DNA from: Gemmatimonadota bacterium
GTDB taxonomy: Bacteria; Gemmatimonadota; Gemmatimonadetes; Longimicrobiales; Gaopeijiaceae
Assembly (NCBI GenBank): GCA_039589315.1
Contig: JBDHHQ010000012.1
Location: 1-64,000, forward strand
Length of the DNA stretch: 64,000 nt
Reading direction: 5' to 3'
Shown here: piece after piece, positions 10,542-20,144 of the stretch
How positions within the stretch are numbered: the first letter of the stretch is position 1
Layout: each line of letters starts with the position of its first letter
Program-made: the position numbers and the translations under genes
Notes under the pieces: model-generated
Seen by the model: only the letters and a program-made list of their open reading frames with translations
Databases searched by the model: none
Told to the model about the DNA's origin: nothing

Positions 10542-10909
10542 TGACGGACAGCTACGGACAGGAGTCACCGTTGGATCCGGCCGTCGATCCGGTCCGCTGG
10601 GAGAACGCGGTCGGGGCGATCTTGGAAGCGGCCCAGCCGGAGCTCGCACGCCGGGCTCGGCAACGGGGCGCCCTGGACGTCCTGGAGGGGTGGGCTCGTC
10701 CGGTGTTCGCGCTCGCGGCGTCGCTGGTGCTCGTGGCCTCGGCCGCGATCCTGTCCGCCTCCCAGGACGAGGCCGTGGGACTGGTCGAGAACGGCACGAG
10801 CCTGAATACCGTGGCCGAGGCCCTCGTTCCGTCGGAGGTCGCCGCGTGGCTCGAGGTAGGGCACACCTTGTCCGCCGACGAGCTCGCCACTGCCCTCGAC
10901 ACCCGCTGA
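10541..10909 (+). CDS. Putative membrane anti-sigma factor
   Basis: Overlaps the sigma stop codon; single TM segment (FALAASLVLVASAAIL). Confidence 0.65.
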   Translation: MTDSYGQESPLDPAVDPVRWENAVGAILEAAQPELARRARQRGALDVLEGWARPVFALAASLVLVASAAILSASQDEAVGLVENGTSLNTVAEALVPSEVAAWLEVGHTLSADELATALDTR

Positions 10910-10939
10910 CGCCACGGTCGCTGGAGGAGGACTCGAGAG

Positions 10940-11470
10940 ATGCTTGGAATGAATGCCAGAACAAAGGGCTGGATCACGGCGGCGGCGCTGCTGATCGCCG
11001 TCTTCATGGCGGGGGCCCTCAGCGCGGTGGCGGTGGTGCAGCTGACGCGCCCGTCGCCCGAATGGGTCGACGGCCGTCCGGCGCGCGGCGGTCCTGACGG
11101 CGGCCCCGGTTTTCGCCGCGGGCGGGATGGACGCTTCGGGGGGATGCGCGGGCCGGACGGGGGCCGGAGTGAGCTCTTCCTGGACATGCTGACGGAGCGA
11201 CTGGCGCTCTCGGACGAGCAGCAGGATCAGATCCGGGAGATCTTCCTGTCCCGCGAGCAGGCGGCGGAGGAGGTGATGAGGGGGATGCGCGAACGCCTTA
11301 GGTCGGCCCTGGACTCGACGGACCTGGAGATCCGAGGTGTGCTCGACCCAGAGCAGCAAGACGAGTTCGACCGGTTCCAGGAAGAGGGCCGCGAGAGGTT
11401 GGGTCGGCGCTTCCCTGGAGAAGGCCGGTCCGGGCCGCCACGGAAGGGCAGGCCGCCGCGCCCCGACTGA
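10940..11470 (+). CDS. Spy/CpxP-like periplasmic helical protein
   Basis: N-terminal TM/signal, Gly/Arg-rich linker, LALSDEQQDQIREI and LDPEQQDEF repeats; GGAGG RBS. Confidence 0.7.
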   Translation: MLGMNARTKGWITAAALLIAVFMAGALSAVAVVQLTRPSPEWVDGRPARGGPDGGPGFRRGRDGRFGGMRGPDGGRSELFLDMLTERLALSDEQQDQIREIFLSREQAAEEVMRGMRERLRSALDSTDLEIRGVLDPEQQDEFDRFQEEGRERLGRRFPGEGRSGPPRKGRPPRPD

Positions 11471-11594
11471 GCCTTCGGTGGCGCGGGTCGCGCCCGGTCG
11501 GATCACCCCGACCCGGACACCACCCCTGCGCCCCATCGCATCGTCGGCATCGCCGGGGCTCCGCGCCGCGGCAGGGTTATCGGATCGCTCCAGA

Positions 11595-12995
11595 TCAGCG
11601 CGGGAGGCGTTCCGGCAGATCGGCCACCACAAAGGCCATCACGGCCATGGCCGCCACGCATTCGGCGAACTCCACCGGGTCCAGCTTGTCCAGCGTGTCT
11701 CCGTCCGTATGGTGGTACCAGAAGTACTCGGTCGGCTCCACTCTGAGCCCCATCCCCGGAACGCCCTCGTCCATGAGCGGTTGGATGTCCGCTCCGCCCC
11801 CGCCCCGCGTGACCTCGCCCGCCTCGATGGGGCGAAGGAGCCGGCCCACCTCCCGGACGACATCGTAGGCCGCGTCGGATCCGGTGAAGCCGAATCCCAA
11901 CGGCTTGAAGACCCCGCCATCCGACTCCATGGCCAGGACGTGATCGTCCACCGCCGCGCCGAGCGAGTCGCGATACGCACGGGCGCCTGATTGCCCGTTC
12001 TCTTCCGCCGTCCAGAGCACGACCCGCACCGTCCTTCGGGGACGGAGCCCCAGTGCTTTCATCAGACGCACGGCCTCCCAGGCGGCAACGCTGCCCCCGC
12101 CGTCGTCCATGGCGCCCTGGCCCACGTCCCACGAGTCGATGTGCCCACCCAGGACCACCACCTCGTCGGGGTATTCGCCGCCCCGGATCTCAGCCATGAC
12201 GTTCCTCGAGGGGGCGTCGGGCATGGTACGGGCCTCCATCCGGAGATGAACCTCGATGCGCTGGCCCCGCTCCCGCATCCGCCGCATCATGGAGGCATCC
12301 TCACCGGTGACGGCCGCGTGGGGGATCCGCGCGACGTGCTCGTCGTAGCGCATGCTGCCGGTGTGGGGGCTCTGAATCCCGAACGGCCCGACCGAACGGA
12401 GCAGGCTGGCGATCGCTCCGGCCCGGGCAGCCGCGGAGGCGCCGTCCCGCCGGTACACCACGGTCTCGCCGTACTCCGTGAAGGGCACGTCGAACAGGAC
12501 GATGCGGCCCCGGGCCTCGTCGGCCCGAGCCTCCAGCTCCTCGAAGGAGCCTACCACCAGGACCTCTCCCCGAATCCCGCCCGGCGGCGTGCCGACGCTG
12601 CCGCCCAGCGCGAGCATGGGAAGGGAACGGGGCCTGGGTTGGATCATCTCCAGGGACTCGTCGCCACGGACCCAGTTGGGGACCATCACCGGTTGCCCGT
12701 GGACCCCGTCCAGCCCGTCCTCGGCCATCTGCGCGAGGATCCAGTCCAGCGCGTTCTCCAGGTTGACCGATCCGCTGATGCGGGGACCGAACGTGTCCAC
12801 CATGTACGCCAGGCGGTGCCACCCCGTGGGGTCGCCGGCGGCGGCTTCGATCAAGCGCCGTGCGTCGGCTTCGTACCCGCCGACGGCCGAGACCTGGCCG
12901 AAGGCGGGTGCGGCGATCTGGGTGAGTCCGAGGAAGAGCGCGAGAACCCGTGGCGCGTGGATCGGACGATGGTGCGGGACGGTGTTTCGGGTCAT
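11595..12995 (-). CDS. M28 family peptidase (carboxypeptidase Q-like, PA domain)
   Basis: GHIDSWDVGQGAMDDGGG, TAEENG, YHHTDGDTLDK; signal peptide. Confidence 0.9.
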   Translation of the reverse strand: MTRNTVPHHRPIHAPRVLALFLGLTQIAAPAFGQVSAVGGYEADARRLIEAAAGDPTGWHRLAYMVDTFGPRISGSVNLENALDWILAQMAEDGLDGVHGQPVMVPNWVRGDESLEMIQPRPRSLPMLALGGSVGTPPGGIRGEVLVVGSFEELEARADEARGRIVLFDVPFTEYGETVVYRRDGASAAARAGAIASLLRSVGPFGIQSPHTGSMRYDEHVARIPHAAVTGEDASMMRRMRERGQRIEVHLRMEARTMPDAPSRNVMAEIRGGEYPDEVVVLGGHIDSWDVGQGAMDDGGGSVAAWEAVRLMKALGLRPRRTVRVVLWTAEENGQSGARAYRDSLGAAVDDHVLAMESDGGVFKPLGFGFTGSDAAYDVVREVGRLLRPIEAGEVTRGGGGADIQPLMDEGVPGMGLRVEPTEYFWYHHTDGDTLDKLDPVEFAECVAAMAVMAFVVADLPERLPR

Positions 12996-13323
12996 CGAAG
13001 CGGAGTTTGCCGGGACGTGGGGCCGGTCTGGACCGGGAGCTGTGCGAGCCGAGCCACACTAGTGGTCGCCTCGGTCCAGCGCGAGTGGTCAGCCCCGGGA
13101 ATCCGCGATGACCGTGTCGGAAGAGTGTGTCGGGCCCGCCTGGCCCGCCTCCCCCTTGCTCCCGCTGAAGACCTCGACGCCGCTGGGTTGCCGGACGCCG
13201 GGCAATCCCGTGCTCCAGGATTCACCGTGGCCATCTCGCGCGGGCCCGATCGGTCCGCCAGATTCTACTCGTTCTGCGGGCCCGACGCGTGTCCGGGCCG
13301 ATCCCGATCGCTGGAGAACACCG

Positions 13324-15411
13324 ATGCTTCGCTCACCCAACCCGATTCTCCCCGCACTCCTCCTCAGCGCGATGCTGGGCCTCGCCGCTCCTGTGCAGGG
13401 GCAGGCGCAGCGTCCCATGACCATCGTCGACATGATCGAGGTGCCGTCCCTCTCGGACCCGCAGATCTCGCCGGACGGCGAGCAGGTGCTGTACGTGCGG
13501 AGCGACGCGGATTGGGAGCTGAACCGCACCGTCGGCCACATATGGCGGATCGCCGTGGACGAGGGAGACCCGCTCCAGCTCACCGCCGGTCGAGAGGGGC
13601 AGTCCAGCCCTCGCTGGTCGCCCGATGGCACCTGGATCGCCTTCCTGGCCGAGCGGGAGGACGAAGCCGATGGAGAGGGGGAAGAGAACGAGACCGTGCG
13701 GCAGATCCATCTGCTGAACACGGCGGGCGGCGAGGCCCTGCCGCTCACCGATCATCCGACCTCCATCGCGAGCATCCAGTGGTCCCCGGACGGCGTCCAC
13801 ATCTACTATCTGGCGACGGATGAGAAGACTGCGGAGCAGAAGCGCCGCGACGAGGCCGAGGACGACGTCTTCGCGTTCGACGAGGACTGGCGACACCGTC
13901 ACCTGTGGCGCGTGCGGGTGGACGGCGGCGACCGGGAGCGGATCACGGACGGCGACTTCACCATCCGCTCCTACGCCTTGAGCCGGGACGGTGCCCGGGT
14001 CGCTCTCCACAGGGCCCCGAACCCGCTCCTGGACGATTCCGACGACGCCGAGGTCTGGGTGATGGATCCGACCGGCGCCAACGCCGTCCGGATCACGGAC
14101 AACGCCGTTACGGAGAACGGGGCACGCCTCTCCCCGGACAACCACCGTGTGTTGTGGGTGTCGGGCTCGGACGGGGACCGGGATCCCTACTACAACGATC
14201 GGGTCTTCGTGGCGCCGGCCGCCGGGGGACCGGCCACCGTGTGGATGCCGGACCTTTCCTACGAGGTGACCGGAGCCGAGTGGTCCGCTGACGGATCGGC
14301 CATCTACTTCACCGCCAACACGGGCGTGAGGGTGGAGCTCTTCCGGGTGGACGGGGCCAGCGGGACGCCGGAGCAGCTCACCCGCGGCGACCACCGGGTC
14401 GCGGACTGGACGTTCCATCCCGGGGTGGGCCGCCACGCGTTCGGCCTGAACCACGCGGGGGATCCCGGTGAGGTGCACGTACTGGACGCGGACGGTGGAA
14501 CGCCGATGCAGGTCACGAACGCGTTCGACTACCTGGACGAGTTCGCGTTGCCGACGCAAGAGGCCATCACGTGGACGGGCGACGACGGGGTCGACGTCGA
14601 GGGCCTCCTCTACCTGCCGGCGGACTATCGGCCCGGGGAGCGCTACGGTCTGGTCGTCCAGACCCACGGAGGGCCGGCGTCGTCCGATCGCTTCGGCTTT
14701 CCGCGATCGAGCCGCTTCGTCCCCATTCTGGCCGAGCTGGGATACGTAGTGCTCAAGCCCAACTACCGTGGGAGCACCGGCTACGGTGACGACTTCCTCC
14801 GGGACATGGTGGGCCACTACTTCAACCAGGCACACCTGGACGTGATGGCAGGCGTGGACGCGCTGATCGAGCGGGGCATCGTGGACGGCGACCGGATGGC
14901 CAAGATGGGTTGGTCGGCCGGGGGTCACATGACCAACAAGATCATCACCCACACCGACCGGTTCAAAGCGGCAGCCTCGGGGGCGGGCGCCGCCAACTGG
15001 GTATCCATGTACGCCCAGAGCGACGTCCGGATCTACCGGACGCCATGGTTCGGCGGTGACCCCTGGAGCGAGGACGCGCCCATCGAGCAGTTCATGGCGG
15101 ACAGTCCGCTGTTCAGCGCTCACGAGGTGACGACGCCCACCATCTTCCTGGTGGGCCAGGAGGATCCCCGGGTGCCTTTGCCTCAGTCCGTGGAGATGTA
15201 TCGCGCTCTGAAGGCGAACGACGTGCCCACGCATCTGTACGTGGCTCCGCGGGAGGGGCACGGCTGGCGTGAGCTCCGCCACCGCCTGTTCCTGTCCAAC
15301 GTTCAGCTCGAATGGTTCGAGCGTTGGGTCATGGACCGGGAGTGGACCTGGGAGGAGGCCCCGGACGAGGCCGAGAAGGACGACGGCCGGGTGGCGGCCG
15401 GGTCCGGCTGA
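13324..15411 (+). CDS. S9 family (prolyl oligopeptidase / acylaminoacyl peptidase) serine peptidase
   Basis: WSPDG propeller repeats, HGGP, NYRGSTGYG, GWSAGG nucleophile, DPRV, EGHG; signal peptide. Confidence 0.92.
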   Translation: MLRSPNPILPALLLSAMLGLAAPVQGQAQRPMTIVDMIEVPSLSDPQISPDGEQVLYVRSDADWELNRTVGHIWRIAVDEGDPLQLTAGREGQSSPRWSPDGTWIAFLAEREDEADGEGEENETVRQIHLLNTAGGEALPLTDHPTSIASIQWSPDGVHIYYLATDEKTAEQKRRDEAEDDVFAFDEDWRHRHLWRVRVDGGDRERITDGDFTIRSYALSRDGARVALHRAPNPLLDDSDDAEVWVMDPTGANAVRITDNAVTENGARLSPDNHRVLWVSGSDGDRDPYYNDRVFVAPAAGGPATVWMPDLSYEVTGAEWSADGSAIYFTANTGVRVELFRVDGASGTPEQLTRGDHRVADWTFHPGVGRHAFGLNHAGDPGEVHVLDADGGTPMQVTNAFDYLDEFALPTQEAITWTGDDGVDVEGLLYLPADYRPGERYGLVVQTHGGPASSDRFGFPRSSRFVPILAELGYVVLKPNYRGSTGYGDDFLRDMVGHYFNQAHLDVMAGVDALIERGIVDGDRMAKMGWSAGGHMTNKIITHTDRFKAAASGAGAANWVSMYAQSDVRIYRTPWFGGDPWSEDAPIEQFMADSPLFSAHEVTTPTIFLVGQEDPRVPLPQSVEMYRALKANDVPTHLYVAPREGHGWRELRHRLFLSNVQLEWFERWVMDREWTWEEAPDEAEKDDGRVAAGSG

Positions 15412-15497
15412 CGGCGGCACCGCCGCCGCGGAGGCCCACGACCTGGGGCGGCCCGATCTCAGGCGGACCAGGTCCATCTCGGCCGCAACGTGGCCGA

Positions 15498-15534
15498 GTC
15501 GGGCCTATTCGGGTCGGGCCCATTCGGGTCGGGC
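15498..15534. repeat. 15-bp tandem repeat GTCGGGCCYATTCGG x2.5 in a convergent intergenic region
   Basis: Units at 15498-15512 and 15513-15527 (1 mismatch), partial unit at 15528-15534. Confidence 0.75.
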
Positions 15535-15623
15535 GGCGATCCCGGCGAGGAGGGTGTCCGCCCGCAGCACGTGAGAAGACCGGCTCGGGTCCGGTTCTTC
15601 ACCCCGTCATCCCTGCTTGCCCG

Positions 15624-16484
15624 CTACTGGCTCGCCAGCCACCGGTACATGCCCCTGACGTTCCCGGAGAACCACTCGTCAAAGGAAGAGAAATGAGCGT
15701 AGTCGTCGAGGTGTACGCTCTCCGCCGCTTCGTCCTCCGACATCCCGCCCTCCACCGCGGCAGCGACGGCGTCCCGCAGGGCAGCATAGTAGGCCGCCTG
15801 CCGCTCGATGGACGCCTTGTCGCCGTTGGGCCCGTGGCCGAAGACGATCGTCGTGAAGTCGAGGTCGGCCAGCCTGTCCACCGTGTCGAAGAAGTCCGGG
15901 AAGATGTAGCCCGGCAGCTCCTGGTAACCGACCCGGTCGTGGGCCACGAAGTCCACGGCGAATGCGACACCCGCGGCCGGGAGCAGAGCCACCAGCATGT
16001 TGTCGCTGTGGCTGTTCCCCAGGTAGCGGAGCTGTAGCTCCGTACCGCCATGGTGCAACGTGAGCTGATCCGAAAACGTGACCGTGGGCGCCGGTAGGTC
16101 GGGAGCCGCGAGCCGATCGATGTCGTCGATGGCGTTCACGTGCGCGATGATCGACGCCTCGCTCCCGAGACGGCTTCGCAGCACGTCGGCGCCGCTGGCG
16201 TGATCCGCGTGGTGATGACTGTACACGACGGCCAGGAGAGGCTGCCCCGGCGCCACGCGCTCGATCTCGTTCGCGTACGCGTTGGCCGCGTCCACGGAGA
16301 TGGGATCCAGGGCTACCACTCCGGCAGGCGTCACCACGAACATGCCGTTGTGCTGCTGCCAGCGGAATCGGTAGATGCCGTCGGCCACCTGGGTGGTCTC
16401 ATAGTCGGGTGCCGCTTCGGCGCAAGCGGCCGCGAAGAGTAGCCCGGCCACAGTCGTGAGCATGCCCGACGTCCGCTTCAACAT
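15624..16484 (-). CDS. MBL-fold metallo-hydrolase (probable lipoprotein)
   Basis: SHHHADH, HSDN, GHG motifs; AAAC lipobox-like; AAGGAGG RBS before ATG 16484. Confidence 0.85.
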   Translation of the reverse strand: MLKRTSGMLTTVAGLLFAAACAEAAPDYETTQVADGIYRFRWQQHNGMFVVTPAGVVALDPISVDAANAYANEIERVAPGQPLLAVVYSHHHADHASGADVLRSRLGSEASIIAHVNAIDDIDRLAAPDLPAPTVTFSDQLTLHHGGTELQLRYLGNSHSDNMLVALLPAAGVAFAVDFVAHDRVGYQELPGYIFPDFFDTVDRLADLDFTTIVFGHGPNGDKASIERQAAYYAALRDAVAAAVEGGMSEDEAAESVHLDDYAHFSSFDEWFSGNVRGMYRWLASQ

Positions 16485-16667
16485 CGTCGCCTCCTTCGTA
16501 GGACTCCCTGGGGCGTCCAAGATGTCTCCCCGCTCCCGCCGAGTACAAGCTCGACGATTCGGCGCAACGGCCCGACAACAGGGTCAGGGCCGCTGCAGGA
16601 CGCGCAATGTCCGGCGGACTGCTGGCAGAACGGATTCACCCGCCGCCGGACGCCCAGCGTAGACCAG

Positions 16668-17093
16668 ATGAGCGACCAACGGATCACCATCACCCGCCGC
16701 TACTCCACCTCCTGTCGCAGGGTGTTCGAGGCTTGGACGCGCCCGCCGCTCCTTCGGAGGTGGGTTTTCGGGGGTCCCCGCAAAGCCACCAAGTCGGTCA
16801 GGGTGGACCTGTTTCCCGGCGGGCACCTGGAGTTGGTTCTGCGTGATGGCGCGGACGGGAACCGCCGGTGGGGCCGGTTCCGCGAAGTGCATGCTCCTGA
16901 TCACCTGACCTTCACGCTCACGTCCGACGGCCCGCGTTTCCGCGGCCTGGAGACCCACGTGACCGTGGACATCGACGGAACCGACGAGGAGTCTACGCTT
17001 ACCCTGGTCCACGACGGGCTCCCGGACGACACCGTCGACCTCAACCGGGAGCGATGGGAAGAGCTGCTCGAGTCTCTGGCCGGGGTGCTCTAG
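16668..17093 (+). CDS. SRPBCC/AHSA1 domain protein
   Basis: RVFEAWT.P.LLRRW, LTLVH, RWEELLESL pattern. Confidence 0.8.
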   Translation: MSDQRITITRRYSTSCRRVFEAWTRPPLLRRWVFGGPRKATKSVRVDLFPGGHLELVLRDGADGNRRWGRFREVHAPDHLTFTLTSDGPRFRGLETHVTVDIDGTDEESTLTLVHDGLPDDTVDLNRERWEELLESLAGVL

Positions 17094-17112
17094 GAGGCTT
17101 GACGCCCGCGGC

Positions 17113-18399
17113 TCAGGCCCCGGACGCGTCGAAGGCCGTCAGAACCTCCTCGGCAAGCAGCAGCAGCGCGGCCCTCTCGGCCTCGCTCAGCCTGCGCGCC
17201 GCGATGGCGAACGAGGCGAGGATCCGCTCGCGGGCTTCCGCCCGGTCCTGATCCCTGGGAACGTCGCCAGCCGCCAGCCGTTCCAACACCTGCCTGTATC
17301 CGAAGGCCACGGCGTCACGGGTCCAATGAGGCGGGGCGTGACGGGCCGCGGTGGTGAGGTCCGCGTAGACGGCGAACGACCGGGGCGGCCGGTCGACCTG
17401 GCTCCGGAGGGCCACGAAGGTCGCGTGACGATCCAGGCCGACGTTGGCAAGCCCTCGCGCGGTGTAGGTGCTCGCGTGTCTCGAGGGCTCGAAGATCCAG
17501 CCCAGGTACATCCACGAGGCCCAGTTCTCGAACCCGCTCTCGAAGTCGATGCCCGCCCTCACAATCGCGCGGCGCACCGTCATGCCCACGTCCCACCAGT
17601 TGTCGTGGACCGCAGGGTGGATCCGGTCGGAGTCGCCGAAGCGGATCATGTGCTGTGCGCTCAACGTGGCGATCCACCGCTGGATTTCGAAGCACTGGGC
17701 GTAGTCGGCCCGCTCCGGCTCGTTGGTGATGCAGGGAGCCAGCGGATTGTCCCGCTGTACGGAGGCCCCCCGTAGGACCTGGGTCGTCAGTACCAGATTC
17801 TCCTCCGTGGGGGCGGCGCGGTACCCCGCGACCAGGGCGCGCGGCAACGAGCCGTGTGCGTCGAGGATGGCGTCCGGGAGCGGGAGGTCGGGCATCCAGT
17901 CCGTATTGCCTTCCTCCACGGACCACAGGGGGAGGGGGACGGCGGCGCGGACCTGGAGGGGGTCGATAGCCCGCAGTCCGTCAGAACCGAGATCCGCAGG
18001 CCAGCCATCCATGCCGAACAGCTCCTCGGCGAAACGGACGTCCGACGTCAGGATCTCGCCGCCGGGCTGGAAGAGCCGCACGTCTCGGTCCGCGCCTTCC
18101 ACCCCCAGGGTCGCGACGTGGGCCACGATGTCCAGCGCGGTCGAGGTGTCCACGTGGGCTACGGCCCGCCGCACGATCGTCGTGTCGGGGAAGTCGAAGA
18201 ACGCCAGGTCCACGCCATCGCCTGACGCGTGACAGGAAGCGCACTCCAGCTCGAAGGCCACCATCCCCGCGAGGGGGTCCCCGCTCGGTGGCGCCGTGTC
18301 GTCGGGTGACGATCCCGTGAGTGTGCCATCGGCACAGGCCGGCGCCATCAGGGTGACCAGGAGAAGGAGCGACGGCCGGGACCGGGTGGCACGCGTCAT
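17113..18399 (-). CDS. Putative c-type cytochrome lipoprotein with unknown C-terminal helical domain
   Basis: Lipobox-like APAC; single CASCH heme motif; GGAGG RBS before ATG 18399. Confidence 0.6.
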   Translation of the reverse strand: MTRATRSRPSLLLLVTLMAPACADGTLTGSSPDDTAPPSGDPLAGMVAFELECASCHASGDGVDLAFFDFPDTTIVRRAVAHVDTSTALDIVAHVATLGVEGADRDVRLFQPGGEILTSDVRFAEELFGMDGWPADLGSDGLRAIDPLQVRAAVPLPLWSVEEGNTDWMPDLPLPDAILDAHGSLPRALVAGYRAAPTEENLVLTTQVLRGASVQRDNPLAPCITNEPERADYAQCFEIQRWIATLSAQHMIRFGDSDRIHPAVHDNWWDVGMTVRRAIVRAGIDFESGFENWASWMYLGWIFEPSRHASTYTARGLANVGLDRHATFVALRSQVDRPPRSFAVYADLTTAARHAPPHWTRDAVAFGYRQVLERLAAGDVPRDQDRAEARERILASFAIAARRLSEAERAALLLLAEEVLTAFDASGA

Positions 18400-18593
18400 G
18401 GAAACCTCCGGGCTGGGGCGAACCATGGGGGCGGAGGGGCAGCGACGAGCGGCCTCGACCCAGTTGTCTGGACGCACGAGACCTCGACAACGTTAAAACG
18501 AACGACCACACCGACACATCACGGTTGAAGCCGGCCCGACCCAGAGCGTAGGATCTGCCGTGCATCCTACCACACGGAGGAGAGGACCCAACC

Positions 18594-19985
18594 ATGAAGC
18601 GACGGACGTTCGCACGCACTATGGGCACGCTCCTGGGCGCGGTCGGCCTCGGGTCGGCGTTGGATCCCGTGATCGCGGCGGCGGAGGGACAGCGGGCAAC
18701 GAGGCGAGTGCCGGCGCGGCCCGGAAAGCGCGGGCGCGGCCCGACGCGGCGCCGGGCGCAGGACCTCCGCGTCGACGGCGCGCGTCTGAACCAGACCCTG
18801 GAGAGCCTGAAGGCGTTCGGGCGGACTCCGGAGGGAGGGATCAGCCGGGTGGCTTTCTCCCAGGCCGACCGGGACGCCCGAGTCTACGTGACGGGCCTGC
18901 TGGAGGAAGCCGGTTTCTCCGTCGAGATCGACACGGCCGCCAATCTCCTCGCGCAACGCGCCGGGAAGGAAGACCTGGTACCCATCATGATCGGCTCGCA
19001 TCTCGACTCTGTGCCGGGCGGCGGCAACTATGACGGCCAGGTGGGCACCATGGGGGCTGTGGAGGTGGCACGGACGCTGGTGGACGCCGACCACCGGACG
19101 CGTCATCCGCTCGAGGTGGTGGTCTTCACCAACGAGGAGGGAGGGAAGACCGGGAGCCGGGCCATGGCGGGTGAAGTGGAAGCGTTCGAGCTGGATCTGG
19201 AAACGGCGAGCGGGTTGACCATCGGCGAGGGGCTGCGGGCCAACGGGGGAGATCCGGACCGACTCGACGAGGCGCGGCGTCCCGAACGCAGCATTGCAGC
19301 GTTCCTGGAGCTCCACATCGAGCAGGGCGGCGTGCTCGACCGCGACGGCATTCCCATCGGAGTCGTGGAGGGCATCGTCGGCATACGACGATGGGCGATC
19401 ACGGTTGAGGGATTCGCGAACCACGCCGGCACGACGCCCATGCCCGACCGGCGTGACGCCCTGGTGGCTGCCGCGCGCCTGGTGGACCGCGTGAACCGCG
19501 TGGCTCTTGAGATGGAGGGCCGGCACGTGGCGACGGTCGGGCGGATCGCGGCCGAGCCGGGAGCGCCCAACGTGGTTCCGGGACGCGTGACGGCGAGCCT
19601 CGAGATCCGGGACCTGTCCATGGAGAAGATCGATCGCGTCTTCGAAGCCATCGTCCAGCAGGCGGATCGGATCGCCGCCGAGAGCGGCACCGAGATCGCC
19701 TTCGAGCCCTTCTACCTATCGAAGGCTGCGCCCACCGACCCCCGCCTGCGGGACTTGGTAGAGGTCGTGGCCGCCGACCTCGGTCTTCAGTCGTTGCGGA
19801 TGCCGAGTGGAGCGGGCCACGACGCCCAGAGCATCGCGCTCCTCGCTCCGGTGGGCATGATCTTCGTTCCCAGCGTGGACGGGATCAGTCACTCGCCCAG
19901 GGAGCTCTCACGGCCCGCCGACATCGAGTCGGGAGCGAACGTGCTTCTGAGCACGCTCCTGCGCATCGACCGGGAGTGGGACTGA
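18594..19985 (+). CDS. Tat-exported Zn amidohydrolase (hydantoinase/carbamoylase, M20 family)
   Basis: MKRRTF Tat signal, GSHLDSV, NEEG, ELHIEQG, HAGTTPM, SGAGHDA, SHSPRE. Confidence 0.9.
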   Translation: MKRRTFARTMGTLLGAVGLGSALDPVIAAAEGQRATRRVPARPGKRGRGPTRRRAQDLRVDGARLNQTLESLKAFGRTPEGGISRVAFSQADRDARVYVTGLLEEAGFSVEIDTAANLLAQRAGKEDLVPIMIGSHLDSVPGGGNYDGQVGTMGAVEVARTLVDADHRTRHPLEVVVFTNEEGGKTGSRAMAGEVEAFELDLETASGLTIGEGLRANGGDPDRLDEARRPERSIAAFLELHIEQGGVLDRDGIPIGVVEGIVGIRRWAITVEGFANHAGTTPMPDRRDALVAAARLVDRVNRVALEMEGRHVATVGRIAAEPGAPNVVPGRVTASLEIRDLSMEKIDRVFEAIVQQADRIAAESGTEIAFEPFYLSKAAPTDPRLRDLVEVVAADLGLQSLRMPSGAGHDAQSIALLAPVGMIFVPSVDGISHSPRELSRPADIESGANVLLSTLLRIDREWD

Positions 19986-20144
19986 AGGCGCTGCGTGAGC
20001 GTTGATCCCGCGTCGCGAAGACCTCCGGGCACCCGAGGACCGGGCCGGCCGGTTGCCCGGTTGCCCCCGCACCTTGGATAGGTTCTCTTGCCGTCACGGG
20101 CTGTCGCAGTGGCCCTTGAACGGCCCTCCCAACCAGCTGCCACG

